Origin: Lytechinus pictus | Lineage: Eukaryota | Assembly: GCF_037042905.1 (NCBI RefSeq) | Contig: NC_087246.1 | Location: 3,474,001 to 3,538,000, forward strand | Direction: 5' to 3' | Length of the DNA stretch: 64,000 nucleotides | Part shown: positions 1 through 13,500 of the stretch, piece after piece | How the letters are laid out: every line of letters starts with the position of its first letter | How positions within the stretch are numbered: position 1 is the stretch's first letter | The notes under the pieces: model-generated | Told to the model about the DNA's origin: nothing | The model's database searches: none | What the model saw: only the letters and a program-made list of their open reading frames with translations | Position numbers and translations under genes: made by a program

Positions 1-1412
1 ATTGTAATTGATGCTTCCAAAATTCCTTATGACCCTTGCTAATTTTTAACTCCAAAAGATCAATGGGGTCATTCTGTGTTAAATCCCCGAAAAATTTGTA
101 AAGATTAAATGGCACCGACTCCAAATTTGCTCATATTTGGTAAAGAGAGTAATTAACATCATAAATTAAAAGCCAAAATTTTCATTTTTAGCGCTGTGTG
201 CCTTATGGTTTTTGTGCTATGACACGCCCTTTTTAGTTTCTTAGTTAAGGTGAATTATCTTAGGAATTTATTATCAAATGAACATATTTTTACTCTTTCC
301 TTGAAAACATTATTCAGCTTATATGGTGGTGTTTTCAAAGTCAGCACTTCTGCTATATTAAATTGTGTGAGGCAAGCAAGACTGCAAGAGGCGATCTACT
401 TGTTGTTAAATAAGTATCCACCATTATGTCCCCTTAAAAATCATGTCAATAAAGAATCACTCTCTTATTAACCCTATAGCACCTACAGATTATATGCATA
501 ATGGCAATCTCTCACTAGAGGAAACAATAAAACTGGTAATTCGTAGGCATTGTTTCAAACAAATTGAAACAGTTTTTTATCGATTTACTTTTGTTCGTTA
601 CAAGTTATATTTATTTTGTAGCATAGGACCTGTTGAATAGAATGGTACATGGCAAAGTTCAATCAGATGTACGAATATTGACCTTTGACAATCGTTTGCA
701 GAGCGAGAAGAAAAAAAAGCAGAAGTTCAGGTTTCAGCCGCCCCAGTCCCACGCCTTCAAAAAAATGTAAAGTATCATCACTGACAGAATACTAAATTTT
801 TCGCCAAATCTGGGATAAAATATGTCAAAATTTAATTCCAACTCACATCTGAATGTCACTCTGTGTGATATCCAACGTTTTGATGGACGTATAGTAACGC
901 CCGAGCTTCTTCGGCGGAGTAAGTGGTTTTCCGAGACATGGACGCCGCCATCTTTGCTGAGATCGACTGCGCAACAGTCTGGAACTTGCTACACACCGAT
1001 GCGTGTCAATCGGTTTTTCTCTATTATACTCAATAGGAGCATGTACACTTTTCTATGCAGATCTGTATAGCAGCCAACCTATACAGTATGCACACGCAAT
1101 ATTACCACGGTAAATCATATACAAGAGATACTATAGCACAAATAAAACGTACCGGCGGTTAAGGGCGGTTCAGTGTGTAACAGGATGGGCGGTCTCGGGC
1201 GGTTCAGGGGCTATTTGGTTAATGTGTCAATGAGACTGTCACTGTCTACACCAGGCATGAACCATGGCTAAGAAAAGATTACTTTGCAAGAGATCTTTTG
1301 ATTTGATCATTTGATGTATATAGTAACCGTATTAAATTTGATGTGATGAGGCGTTCAATCTGTTAAAGAGTTCAATTTAAATTGGAGATTTGGATTCATT
1401 GTCTTTCTTCAG

Positions 1413-1514
1413 ATGGTAGTGGAACTTCCTGACTTAGAACCGCCATTATCAGCCTGCAACCATTCCAAAGGACAGAGCAAGAACCAACATGCTGTCATTG
1501 ATAGTTTCCGTCAG
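1413..1514 (+). CDS. GGNBP2: GGNBP2 coding exon (MVVELPD...FRQ)
   Basis: ttcttcag acceptor, gtaggt donor, 102 nt. Matches the internal MVMEFPD segment of vertebrate GGNBP2, so the true start exon is upstream. Confidence 0.85.
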
Positions 1515-4500
1515 GTAGGTTCATAATGCATGCTTCAGCAATTGTTCATCTGTGAGCCATTTCTGCACAGGCAACTATTTCAGCTCTTGCATTCTACTGT
1601 TGTTTTTTGTTTTTTTGTTCTCATAAAATTTCTATGATGAACAGTGTACTTCAAGAGTGATAGTTGAACTTGAAACAATCAGGAACTGTGCTAGTAAAAC
1701 CTTGTGTTATTTACTTTTAGCGTCCTTTTGGGTGATTTTGTTGCTCTTACCGGGTAATTTTAGCATGTTATTAGAGATGTCTAATTTTGCATTCCCTATA
1801 AGCTCAGTATCTATGAAACAATCAAATTTAATTCAGATATTGGCATGGCTGGTCATTTTGGTCATTTACTGAACAAATATTTTATTACAGGTTTACAGCA
1901 CACTGACATTTATTCTTTTTCTTTCATGTCAACCAAGTTTTCATTTCATTGAATTAAAGTGATATTCAATTTTTAGGCCATAATTCACAAAGGTGGTTTG
2001 CATAACCATCGGTTGAACCCATGATTTATATAGATTTCCTGTATAAATTATGCTTATTTACCGCATATATTAAAAAATGTCCAATGCTGATGCGTGCTTT
2101 TGTCACATTGCGCAAAATTGGCGCCTGTTACCATGGTCAAGTACCCTATTTTATTCATTATTCCACTGTTTGAATTAATGAGTCCACTCTTTAAACAGTG
2201 GACTCATGAATAAAATAGCATACTTCACCATGGCAACAGGCGTCATTTAGGCACAATGTGACAAAGGCGTGCATCAGTATTGGACACTTCACTTTTCAGT
2301 ATATGAGGTAAATTAAGCGTAAGTTATACCGGAAATCTGCATAAACCATGGGTTCAACTGGTGGTTTTTAAAACCACCTAAAGTTGTGAATTTGGGCCTG
2401 TAGTGTTATTGCATTTTTGCAATGTTTTATAGTATGAAACAATATGTTGTGTGGCATATGATTTCATTCATTTAATTCTTTCTTTTCTTCAGAAATGTAG
2501 TGTGCTAAATCGAGATGAACTTGCTGCAGCGCTCATGGTTCCAAGTAAAGAGATGTTTGGTTCATCCTTACAAGATGTTGTGACATGTGTCGGGTGCAGA
2601 AGAAGGTAATACTGCTTGAATTATGGACCTACAACCAACATTAAATCCGCTCCTTTGATGTATGAACTGTCCTTTTATCAACAAAGTGTGAATATCTGAT
2701 GCTCCTCAATGAAGCTTTAAATCATGCTGTCACTAGCGGACAGGAGAAATTAAGTGTGCACTGCTCCCGCACATTAAAACAAGAAAACAGCCTTCCATTT
2801 TTTTGTATTTTTTTAAAGTACATCGCATACAATCACACAAAGAATTCATTGCTATCACTGTGCAGATCAGAATCTCTACAACAAAACTCTAGCGAAAATC
2901 TGTGGGAGAAATATGCGGAAAGAAGTTAAAAATTCATTATCTAAGAAGAATTTTTACGTTAAAAGATGCACGTACCTTTGCTTGAAAGGTGATTTAGGTT
3001 ATAAGGTAGGGGAGACCGGGGTTTAATAGTTGGAACATTTTTGACAAAAATGGCTGTAAAATCCAAATAGATTTTATTCGAGAAACAATCAATATATCAG
3101 CTTGAAGCATATATCTAAGGGCTTCAAATGTACCCCATGAAATTTTTAACTCTATTATGGTTACTGAAAAAAAATCCACCTTGAACAAGACCATCACAAA
3201 CGTTCTAACTTACCCCAATGAGGGGTAAGTTGGAACATGGTATGGGGTAAGTTGGAACACTGCATGGTCAATTAAGAATTATACTAAAACTACTTAAAAC
3301 TAATATTACATGGTTTTAGCCTATTTGCTTTATTTTATTCAAGTTCAAAATATTAAAGTGTGGATTCGTTGAACTTTATGTTTTCTATTATACAGCCACT
3401 CGCGCAAGCAGACAGTGTAGTAGAATTCCGCATATTTGGGTGCGTTTGATTTTATGTGCAATTAAGTGTACATGTACTATCAGCAATTTCATGTTCTTCT
3501 GCATCATATTAATAAGACAAAAATTAATTGTTTATACTTTTTTCATTAATTATGCAAATAAGCTTATGAAATTTGCCCTAAATTTTTTTTTTTTTTAAAT
3601 GTTTTGCCTTTAACTCTATTTATTAAGCTAGTAGAATGCTAATTTTTGGTGAGAGTATCAATTTTTACATTTATAACAAATATGCACCAAAAATTGCTAA
3701 AAATATAATTTCTTATGTATTTTTTTATATTTTTTATTTGTATTTTTGTTTTTTCGAACCTTTGTTTTTTCCGATGAACTTTGTCGTGACTCTTTTGCGA
3801 TCATAAATAGCATAAAATAAATCTATTTGAACCAACAAAAGTAAAAAATAATCATACATTTATGACTTTTGGTTGAAAAACACAATTTGCATTGACATTG
3901 TACATGGAATCACGTTTTTGAACAATTTTGGGTCCGAACATGCACGTACAAAATGTTGCGTAATATCGAAACACGCACACAGGCATCGCAAATTTGGTCT
4001 CAAATTATGCGCAAGACTTGAAAGTAAAAAGTCAGCGAGCAGTGTAGACAAAAAAAAAAATTCGCGCGACGGCGTAGTGACAAAATTTCTCGAGGGGGGG
4101 GGCTCAAATTGACCCCCCCCCCCAGATTGATAAGGGTAAATATTGCATTAGGGGCCTACAATAGGCCTTAAATGCACACTCAGACCTAACTGATAAACAA
4201 AACAAGCATGGTATACAATACATGTTCAGAAGAGTGTGAAATACTTTATACATTTTTTTCTCATATCCAATGTTTTTATTCATAATTATGTTTGGGGTAA
4301 GTTTGAACATGTTCCAACTAGCCCCTTCAATTTTGTTCCAACTAACCCCAGAGGCCCATTTGATGTTTATAAGCTTACAGAACAAAAAAAGGACTTCACC
4401 ATGGCATATTAATAACCTCATTTTGTAGCTTGGTATTTAAGTGTCTATTATACCCCCAAACTGGCCAACTTGATCTATAAACTTCTCTGAGATAATCAAA

Positions 4501-7500
4501 CATTTCTGAAAGAGAAAAAAAATACTCAGGTCAAAAAACAAAAATTCCTTTCTAACTTCACCAGGCTTGTTGCACATGTGTTGTCTGTAATATGGTGGAT
4601 GGCCGTTGATAATGACAATAAATTGAGGGCAGTATTGCAGAAATTTATTTAAAGACGTTAAAGAAAATTGCAATGTTTCAACTTACCCCGCGTTCCAACT
4701 AACCCCGGTCTCCCCTATGGGTAAAAATTCCACAAGATGGACAAAATTTAACAGGATTTTTTTGGGGGGATGATCAGACAACAATTGCACAATATTAGTA
4801 TTGTAAAATTATGTACTGAAAATTGGAAGATTGATAGAAGGTAAAAGAATTAATAAAAAAGAAGGTGAAAAATATAATCACAAAAATAGATTGGATTTGA
4901 TGGAAGAAAATTCAAAGGAAAAGATGAAAAAGAAAAGGACTTGTTACCATGACACAGTGCCTGTGGTTACAGGAGACATACATTCTCGCTTTCGTCACCT
5001 TGTGTTCTGATAAGGAATTCATCCCAGACTGTCATTTGGTGTGACACAGAATGAGGTAGATGTAAACAGGATATTAGTGGGTTTTCATTAGTAGTTCACA
5101 TTTTGTTTTGTCATTTTTACCTCCTGTTTGTGTTCTTAGCATGGAGGAGATGTTCACAAGGCTACGAGACAAGAAACATGTTCATGTATTAGAGCCACTG
5201 GTCATTACTCCAAACTCGGAGCTTTCTGTAACCTCTTGTACACTCTACGACTTCCGTATGCTGCATAACATTCTCTACGTACAAAGGTCAGTATACTCAA
5301 TTAACATTGATTATTTTCAGGACCCTTCTCTTAAGACTTGTTATCAAATCATTTGCAAACCTGTGGTTCATGTCATATGATTGGCTGAGACCAAATTTGT
5401 CACAGAACATTAAATTAAAGGGGTACTCCAGGCTGGAAATAATATGATTTGAACAGATATAGAAAAATCTGACAAACAAAACACTGAAAATTTCATCAAA
5501 ATTGGACAAGGAATAACAAAGTTATGACACTCTAAAGATTTGTATTATATTGGTGAAACAGTTTTGTGCGTGTCTTCGTGAATATTCAATGAGCAAACAA
5601 TAATAATAATAATAAATCATGGACTTCTGTAATTTGATTTGATTTATTGTTCTCTCATACATGCATTCATATCATATTTCGTAACATAACAAACATTGTA
5701 ACAGTTTTTGTCATGAATCATAGATAAAGTGTACTAAAAAGTATAATTCCAAACAAAAATGATCTACACATAAATTATTATAACATTTACAATTAGGAGA
5801 ATTGTCATCGTAAGCCAATTGCTTGAAAAAAATGACAACCGCAGATTCAAGCTCATTATAAAGCAGAATGATATATATTTTTAATGAAAAACATCAGTTT
5901 ATAATATGAGAAATGAAAATGGAGATGAAGATGGTGACAATGGTGAAGATGATTAAATCAAAGGATGAATGATTTCATGATAATCTGAAATATTGACACT
6001 TACATGCATTTAAAAAATGTATAATTTTGGAACAATGTATCTGTGCATCATAAATTTGGTCTCAAAAGATGCACAAGGCTTCAAAGTAAAAAGTCAGTGA
6101 GTGGTGTGGTTATAAAAAATTTGCCCAATCGTTTAGGATAAGACATCTGTCTGAATCATATCACATTGAATGGCACCAATGGTTAGACCTCAAGCAATTT
6201 TCCGATAGCATGTCTCGTTATTGCTAAACCAAAAGAAACATCCTATGTCATGCACATATTTTTCAATATGGAAAATGCTGTTTCCTTCTGGTTGGTCAGT
6301 GTTGTGATTATTACTCTTCTGTTCCTTCTCCTAAACATGCTGATGCCAAATACTTAATACTCTCTAGACTGTGTCAGGGATTGCTCTTTGTACATGTTTT
6401 AGTCATGACACTCACAAGCTGTTTCCCGCAAATTTGAAATGTGGAACGATAAATCACGACACTAGATTATGATTGTATCTTACCTACATGTAATTCGAGT
6501 GAGCAACTGAATATCATCCCTCTTCAAAGAAACATCAACTTTTCTCCATATCTTCTCAGTAGAGTACCTCTTTAATACTACCCTTTTCCTCCATTGCCTT
6601 TCAGGGATAGACAGAAACAACTTTTGGAAAGTTTACAGAAAAATAAGAAGCGTCGATGTCCACTCCACTCTCTAGACAATCATAAAATAAAACAAATATC
6701 GTAAGTAGCCAAATTTTTTTCTTTCTCTTCATTTTTTGCATTTCAATGCCTCCACCAACCATAGGTGCTTGACAGAGGCCTTTTTTTTTGGAGGGGTCAT
6801 CCGTCTGACCTGTTTGTTTCTCACAATAAATAAAAAAAACATTTGAAGAATCAACTTTGTCCAAGTATGCATATAGAAGCCATAATGATCTGATTAGTTT
6901 TGAGAGTCACAAGGTCAAAGGTCACAGATGTCATTGTATACCTGGGGAGCATTTCTTGAAAGGGCTTGTCAGATATTTTATATTTCGAAAAATGAGTTTT
7001 ATCAGACAGTTGCCATAGTAACAGTGCTTCTCAGCCAATCAAAGTCAAGGAAAATTATCAGATCTGACAATTTGTCAGACATCAAATGTTGATGATACTT
7101 TCTCCAGAAAGTGAAATGTTCTCGCAATAAAAAAAAATGATTTTGGGTTCAACAATAACTAAAAAAAAAACTGTGAGGATTCAACTTCAACTGTGGATCA
7201 ACTGGTGTGTTGGCTCAGTTGGTAGAGTGTCCGTCTCACAACCGGGAGGTCGGGAGTTCAAACCCCGGCCTCGTCAGACCAAAAGACGTTAAAAGATGGA
7301 AGTTGCTGCTACCCTATTTGGCGTTCAACGATTAAAGGGATAGAGCCTCGTCGATCTGGCGCTGCACAGCAGCTGCTGGGCCCACGATCAATTGGACAAA
7401 ACAAATTTTCTTGAGTATTTCATTTCTGATGTCTATTTCGAACAATAAACTATGGATTTAGATGTATGCGTATAGGAGGAACAATGATCTGATTAGAGTT

Positions 7501-10500
7501 TGGGGTCAAGAGGTCCAAGGTCACAGAGCTCACTACATATAGTGTGTCCCACAAAAAATAGCTAATGGCAATCAAGATATGTATAACATTAAAATGACAA
7601 GATTGTATTGTTTGTATCTTTAGATCTACAACTGGATTGAATTTCATGTATTATGGTCAACCTCTCCATTCAAGATTTGTATTAGGTAGTTTGTGTAGTC
7701 ATGTTAAGCTTACAAGATTTGTTATCTGTTCAATTGGTTCAAATTATATCTATTCACGTCCACCCAAGGGCATAAATCTGCAAGGATTTTCTTTTGTTTA
7801 CTAAGAGATGACTTATTCACTTATCCCCCTCTGATGAATAGACATATCTTTTATAATTTTGCCCTTGGTTGAACGTGAATAGATATAATTTGAACCACTT
7901 GAATAGAAAACAAATCATCTTAGCTGAATCTGGCTCCACATACTTTTTCATAATAAAACTTGGATTGAGAGGTTTTCTGATTAGTGCTGAAAAAAGGCTC
8001 ATATCGCTGTGTTATATGGACTATATCACATAAATTTAAGCCAGTTGTATAAAAAAAAATCTGAGCTTACAAGAATAATATTATGTACAATGTGGTTGTG
8101 TAATTTTCAAATTATACTTATATAGAGTGCCATGAACATTTTTTTCTGGGTCATGCATTGTATTGAAATACCTTGTTCTTTTGATAATTGAATACTTCAA
8201 ACCATGTTGAGCTGGCTCATGTATGCATAGTGGGTGATGATGATTTTGGAGGTAATAGAGATAATTGTTAGGTGTGACATATACTCTTGATTTAGCAATG
8301 ACAGGCATAGATTTGTCTGTTTGCAATCGAGAATCCAGCTATTTTGTATCATCGAAGTATACATGTAGCAACTGGTAATGTAAAGGGGCAAACTACAGGC
8401 TTTGCCTGCAGCTATGTATACATGTAGCTACATGTAGCTAACCAGCGGATGAAATTGGCATTGCACAGGCTTTCGGAGCCGCCAGCAACTGGGGGAGCCT
8501 GGCAACCTGAGCTTGTCCTTAGCCTTAAGCCCCAAGGCCTAGCTTAGGTGAGAGTATATCTGGCATTCTGAGTGCAGTAAGGAAGGTTTTTTAGTAGGCA
8601 TTGTTATGATCAGTTCATGGTCATGATTTCTCACAAAGGATCTCTGTATAATTTTAGGCTAACCGTGCACCTGGTAAATTTGTCATGTGTCAATGCATTG
8701 TGAATTTACTGGATGCATAGCTAGCCATGCATTGGTAATTACTTAGGCATGGTTGCAAAAAAAAATTGATTTTTGTCTCGCTTGCATAGCAGAGCAAGAC
8801 TATAGGCGTCCCTTTTCCGATGGTGGCGGCGTCATCAACATCAAATGTTAACCAAAGATTAAGTTTTCAAATGTTATCAGAGGTGTTATTACATGACCAA
8901 GGTCAAAGGTCATTTAGGGTCAATGAACTTTGTCCATGTTGGAGATATTTGTTGATTTCCATCATAACTTTGGATCTGGTTCATGAAACTTGGACAAAAG
9001 AGTAATTAAGTATCGATGAACATCCTGCGTGAGTTCCAGTTCACATGACCAAGGTCAAAGTTCATTTAGGGTCAATGAACTTAGATTATGTTGGGGGAAT
9101 CAAAATGAAATCTTAACCAAGGTTAAGTTTTTTAAATTTCATAACTCTGAAAGTACATGGATCTAGTTCATGAAACTTGGACATAATAGTAATCAAGCAT
9201 CAGTGAACATCCTGCGTGAGTTCCAGTTTACATGACTAAGGTCAATGAACTTTGGCTGTGTTGGGGGTATTTGATGAATTGCCATCATAACTTTGATATT
9301 TTATGGATCTACATGAAGTTCATGAAAGGTGGATATAAGGGTAATCAAGTGTAGCTGATCGTCTTGCACAAGTCTTCGGTCACACGATCAAGATCAAGTG
9401 TCATTTAGGGTTAATGAACATTTTATCATATAATATGGATGGTGTTTTTTGTGAATGATTAATCTATAGGACTTTGTTTACAAAGTCAGTGCATGCTTCT
9501 ATATTGAGTCGCTTAATGCAGGCGAGACTGCCAGAGGTGCTCCACTTGTTCACAAAATATTCCACTATACACAGGTTTTTTTGTGCATCGGTAGGACTAG
9601 TGAGCATGCATTAACTATGGAAATACTTCTTACTCTTTCTGCTGCCCCTCTTTCTTATAGTTTCCATTGTTAGCTTCCATACATGTACTAGTTACCCTGT
9701 GCATCACTTGTATAATATGAACTCTTCTGAAGACTTCATATTTGATTCCTTTATACGGAGTATATAGTGTTTGATTTGATTCGATTTAAAATTTGATATT
9801 TTTTCTTTCTTTTAATAGAGTATGGATAGATGTGTGGGAGGTGATGAAGAAACCATGTAGAGAAGAAGTAACGATACTATCAGAAAAAGGGCTTCTACAA
9901 ACAACAGAGAGATACCTACAAAAGCATAGGTGAGCATGAAAAATTAGTAGCAAAAATTTATGTGTAGAACCAAGAGATTTACGCTACTGTGGCATATGTA
10001 CAAATCACAATATACCTCTGTAGTCTAGTATTGTATCATAATGGGTTAAAGTACTAATACATGTATATTGAAAAGATCCATAGATTTTGAATAAGGATGA
10101 TATGATAACACATTTATTTGGAATTGCGTGTGGGCAGATTTGCGTACTGGGGTAATTCACCTAACGATAAGTTGGTTTTCATAAAGCAGAAAGAATATTG
10201 ATGAAGTTTTTATGAAATTTCCAACACAGAACAACGGACCTGCCAACCATTATGTTTTTACAACCAAAATATGGCACTATTGATTTTCTTCGAATGATTT
10301 TTTTTTTTTTTTTTTTTGAAATTGTGTTTTATTAAGAAAAATCATCATCTACATGTCTATTTAAAAAATCTTACATAATTATTGGTAATTGGATGAATTT
10401 GATTTCAGGTAACTTACAAGTAGTCTATATTATATAATTTCTGAACTCATTAGGTTCTGCACAGACTGCAAAGCAAAGGTAATGACAGCTTTCAACATTC

Positions 10501-13500
10501 TATTTGGAGATGTGAAACCATGTTCAGAGAAGGGTTACAATCCAGCAGTGTATGAAGGATTGAGACTGTGTCGAGAGGAGAGACATATCCATCTATCAAC
10601 AGATACAGACTTTGTTGCTAGGCTCATTAGCAGGGCTGAACCAGACCTACATGGAGTGTAAGTATCTTCTTAAAGGTCAAGTCCACCCCAGGAAAATGCT
10701 GACTTGAATAAATAGAGAAAAATCAAACTAGCATAGTGCTGAAAATTTCATCAAAATCAGATGTAAAATAAGAAAGTTATGACATTTTATAGTTTCGCTT
10801 ATGCACAACTAGGTGAGTCAGTTGATGATGTCCATCACTCACTATTTCTTTTGTTTTTTATTGTTTGAATTATTAAATATTTCATTTTTTATAGATTTGA
10901 CAATAAGGACTAACTTGACTGAACCATATAGTATTAAACAATGCTAATTCCACATGTTCAGGGAGGAATTATTGTTGTATCACTTGACAATGAGGAGAAA
11001 ATAAGAATATTTCATATTTCATATAATAAAATACAAAAGAAATAGTGAGTGGATGACGTCATAGTCTCCTCATTTGCATACCAGCCAGGGTGTGCATATA
11101 ACTGTTTCGTGAAATTAAGCGAAACTTTAAAATGTCATAACTTTCTTGTTTTACATCCGATTTGGATGAAATTTTCTGTGTTATGCTTGTTGGATTTTTC
11201 TCTTTTTATTCAAATCAATTTTTTGTTGGGGTGGACTTGTCCTTTAAAGACTCAAAAGGTTATAACAAACTCTACTATACACATGAATCAGCTAAAAATT
11301 GCAAAAAGGGTTAGCTTGTAGGGTATCAACAAAGGCTTTTTAATAGGTAAAAAGGGGTTGTTTAATTTAAACAGACAAAATAATTTAGAAAAACAGTTTT
11401 AGTTGACTTGCTTTTTGGGTGCTACATGTGCACTCCCAAGGTGTATGTGAAGTTTGTGAAAATGGTACCCCAATGGAAATTCAACTATGTTTTATATCCT
11501 TAATTCTTTGTATATCCTTCCAGACGGCGTGAGCGGCATGCAAAGACCATTGATATCGCCCAGGAGGAGGTGTTAACTTGTCTTGGTCTTCATCTCTTTG
11601 AGAAGCTCCAGAAGATTCATCAAAAGCTAAAAGCAGAGGAGCGAACCTGGGACCTACTCCTCACCTTCGGCAAAATCAAGTTGAGAAAATCTTTTGAGGT
11701 ACTGATCCTTTATTTAACTCTAACTAGCCGGGGAGGGTTTTTTTTGGCACCCCCATCCCCTACAGAATGTTACAAAATAAATCTGTAATGCGGAAAGATT
11801 ACACCACGTTGTTTTATGATTTTATTCCTTCAAATCTCAAGCAATGTTAAGACCAAATTTGTGATGCCCAGATGCTATCCTTGAGCGGTTCTTGTCTTGC
11901 AAGAATCGACTCTGATTCTTGCCCAACATATCGGTTCCATACGGAGTCAACTCGTAGCTCCAATAATGAGCTTAGATTTAGATACATGTCTAAAATGAAA
12001 TAGAATTTATATAACAAATTTAAGAAGTACAATAAATGCTGTACTTCATTTAAAACCAATGTCATTTTCACCAAATTTTGCATGGTTGTAGAGAAAGATA
12101 TACTCAAGAGGTATGAACGTTAAAAATTTGGGGGTTATTGTTTTCAAAATATCAGCACTTTTGTTGAAACAAATGTGCTTTTACAAACACAAAACAACAT
12201 GTCAAAAGACTTGTATCTTCATAAAGGAACATTCTACACTATCCCATTTCATCAAATTCGAGGTCATATTTGTCATCCTTTGCAGCACTGCAGAGTAAAG
12301 TATTCTGAGGAGGAAGAGGCGTTTAAAAAGTTGGTCCATATATTATTTTCAGCTAACAGCTTTGTAAATTTACACATCAAGATTTGCTGTTAGAGTGCAG
12401 ATGCTTGGAAAATCAACTGATACCTGTAGCTGATTACTCACCTGTTCACTTATTATAACATTATTGCGCATGGGGTAAAATGTGAGCAGATAGGGATGCG
12501 CACAAACATAACTGGGGAATGTCCTTAATATCAGAAAAAAGTATGCAGTACAGATCTGGCAATGAGAGAGGGATAAATTTTGCCTGTGTGTAGTAAAAAA
12601 ATCCAGCTGGTTATAACTGTATTCAATCCACAAAATCTTCAAATAAAAGTGCAATTTTATTATGTATAATTTTCTGCATTTTCATCCCAATACATCATAT
12701 CACTCACAACGCCTCACTAAAACACAGCTCCGGATTATAAATAAGTGTGATTAGATCTTTAACCAAGTTGAATGTACCCTCATAATGTATGATGCAGTTA
12801 CAATATTATTAAACTAATCTCTTCAACAGATGGCTTTAGAATCCAAGGAAGGCATGTCTAGATTAGAGCTGGTATGTGAAGAAATCACAGAGGCTGACAG
12901 AGCCAAGAGGGAGAAGAAAGAACAGAAGAAACTCAAGAAGAAAGCTCGTAAGAAAAACAAAAGCAACGCTTCACCTGAAACGGAGAAGAACTTGGGTCAA
13001 AGGTCACAGGTCATGAAGGAAGTGGAGGTTTCTATTATTCCTCAGGAAAGATCGTGTGAGGTAAATAAAACTTTTTTTATGGGTTTACTGCACCTTTTCA
13101 CATTAACCTTAATAAGACAGGTATTTGGGAGTCTGGAAAGACTGGGAATGCCCCCACCATCAAGTCAAATCTTGGCTGTTGATTGCATGAAAGCAATGAA
13201 AATTGATACGCATGTCACCCATGATGTAATCTACAAAATTGTATATTTGGTTGTTCCAAAATTATTCAAATTTATTTATGTCCCACCTGCATAGCAGAGC
13301 CATATTATAGGTACCACTTTTACAAATCTGGCGGTGGCGAGGGCAATATCAACATTGATATGAAGGTTAAGTTTTTGAAATGTCATAACTTAAAAATTAT
13401 ATGGACCTAGTACATGAAACATGGATATATAGGTATTCAAGTATCACTGATAATCATCTATTTCATTATGGTACATATAATGGTTATCTAGTAGCGGCAA

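Noticed and set aside
7204..7276. tRNA-Val(CAC) gene
   Set aside because: The acceptor stem pairs poorly and the sequence runs directly into a SINE body, so it was called a SINE head.
12830..13294. 154-aa single-exon gene starting at MALESK
   Set aside because: The ATG directly follows a splice acceptor and is an internal GGNBP2 codon; the ORF tail after 13060 is intron and MITE sequence.
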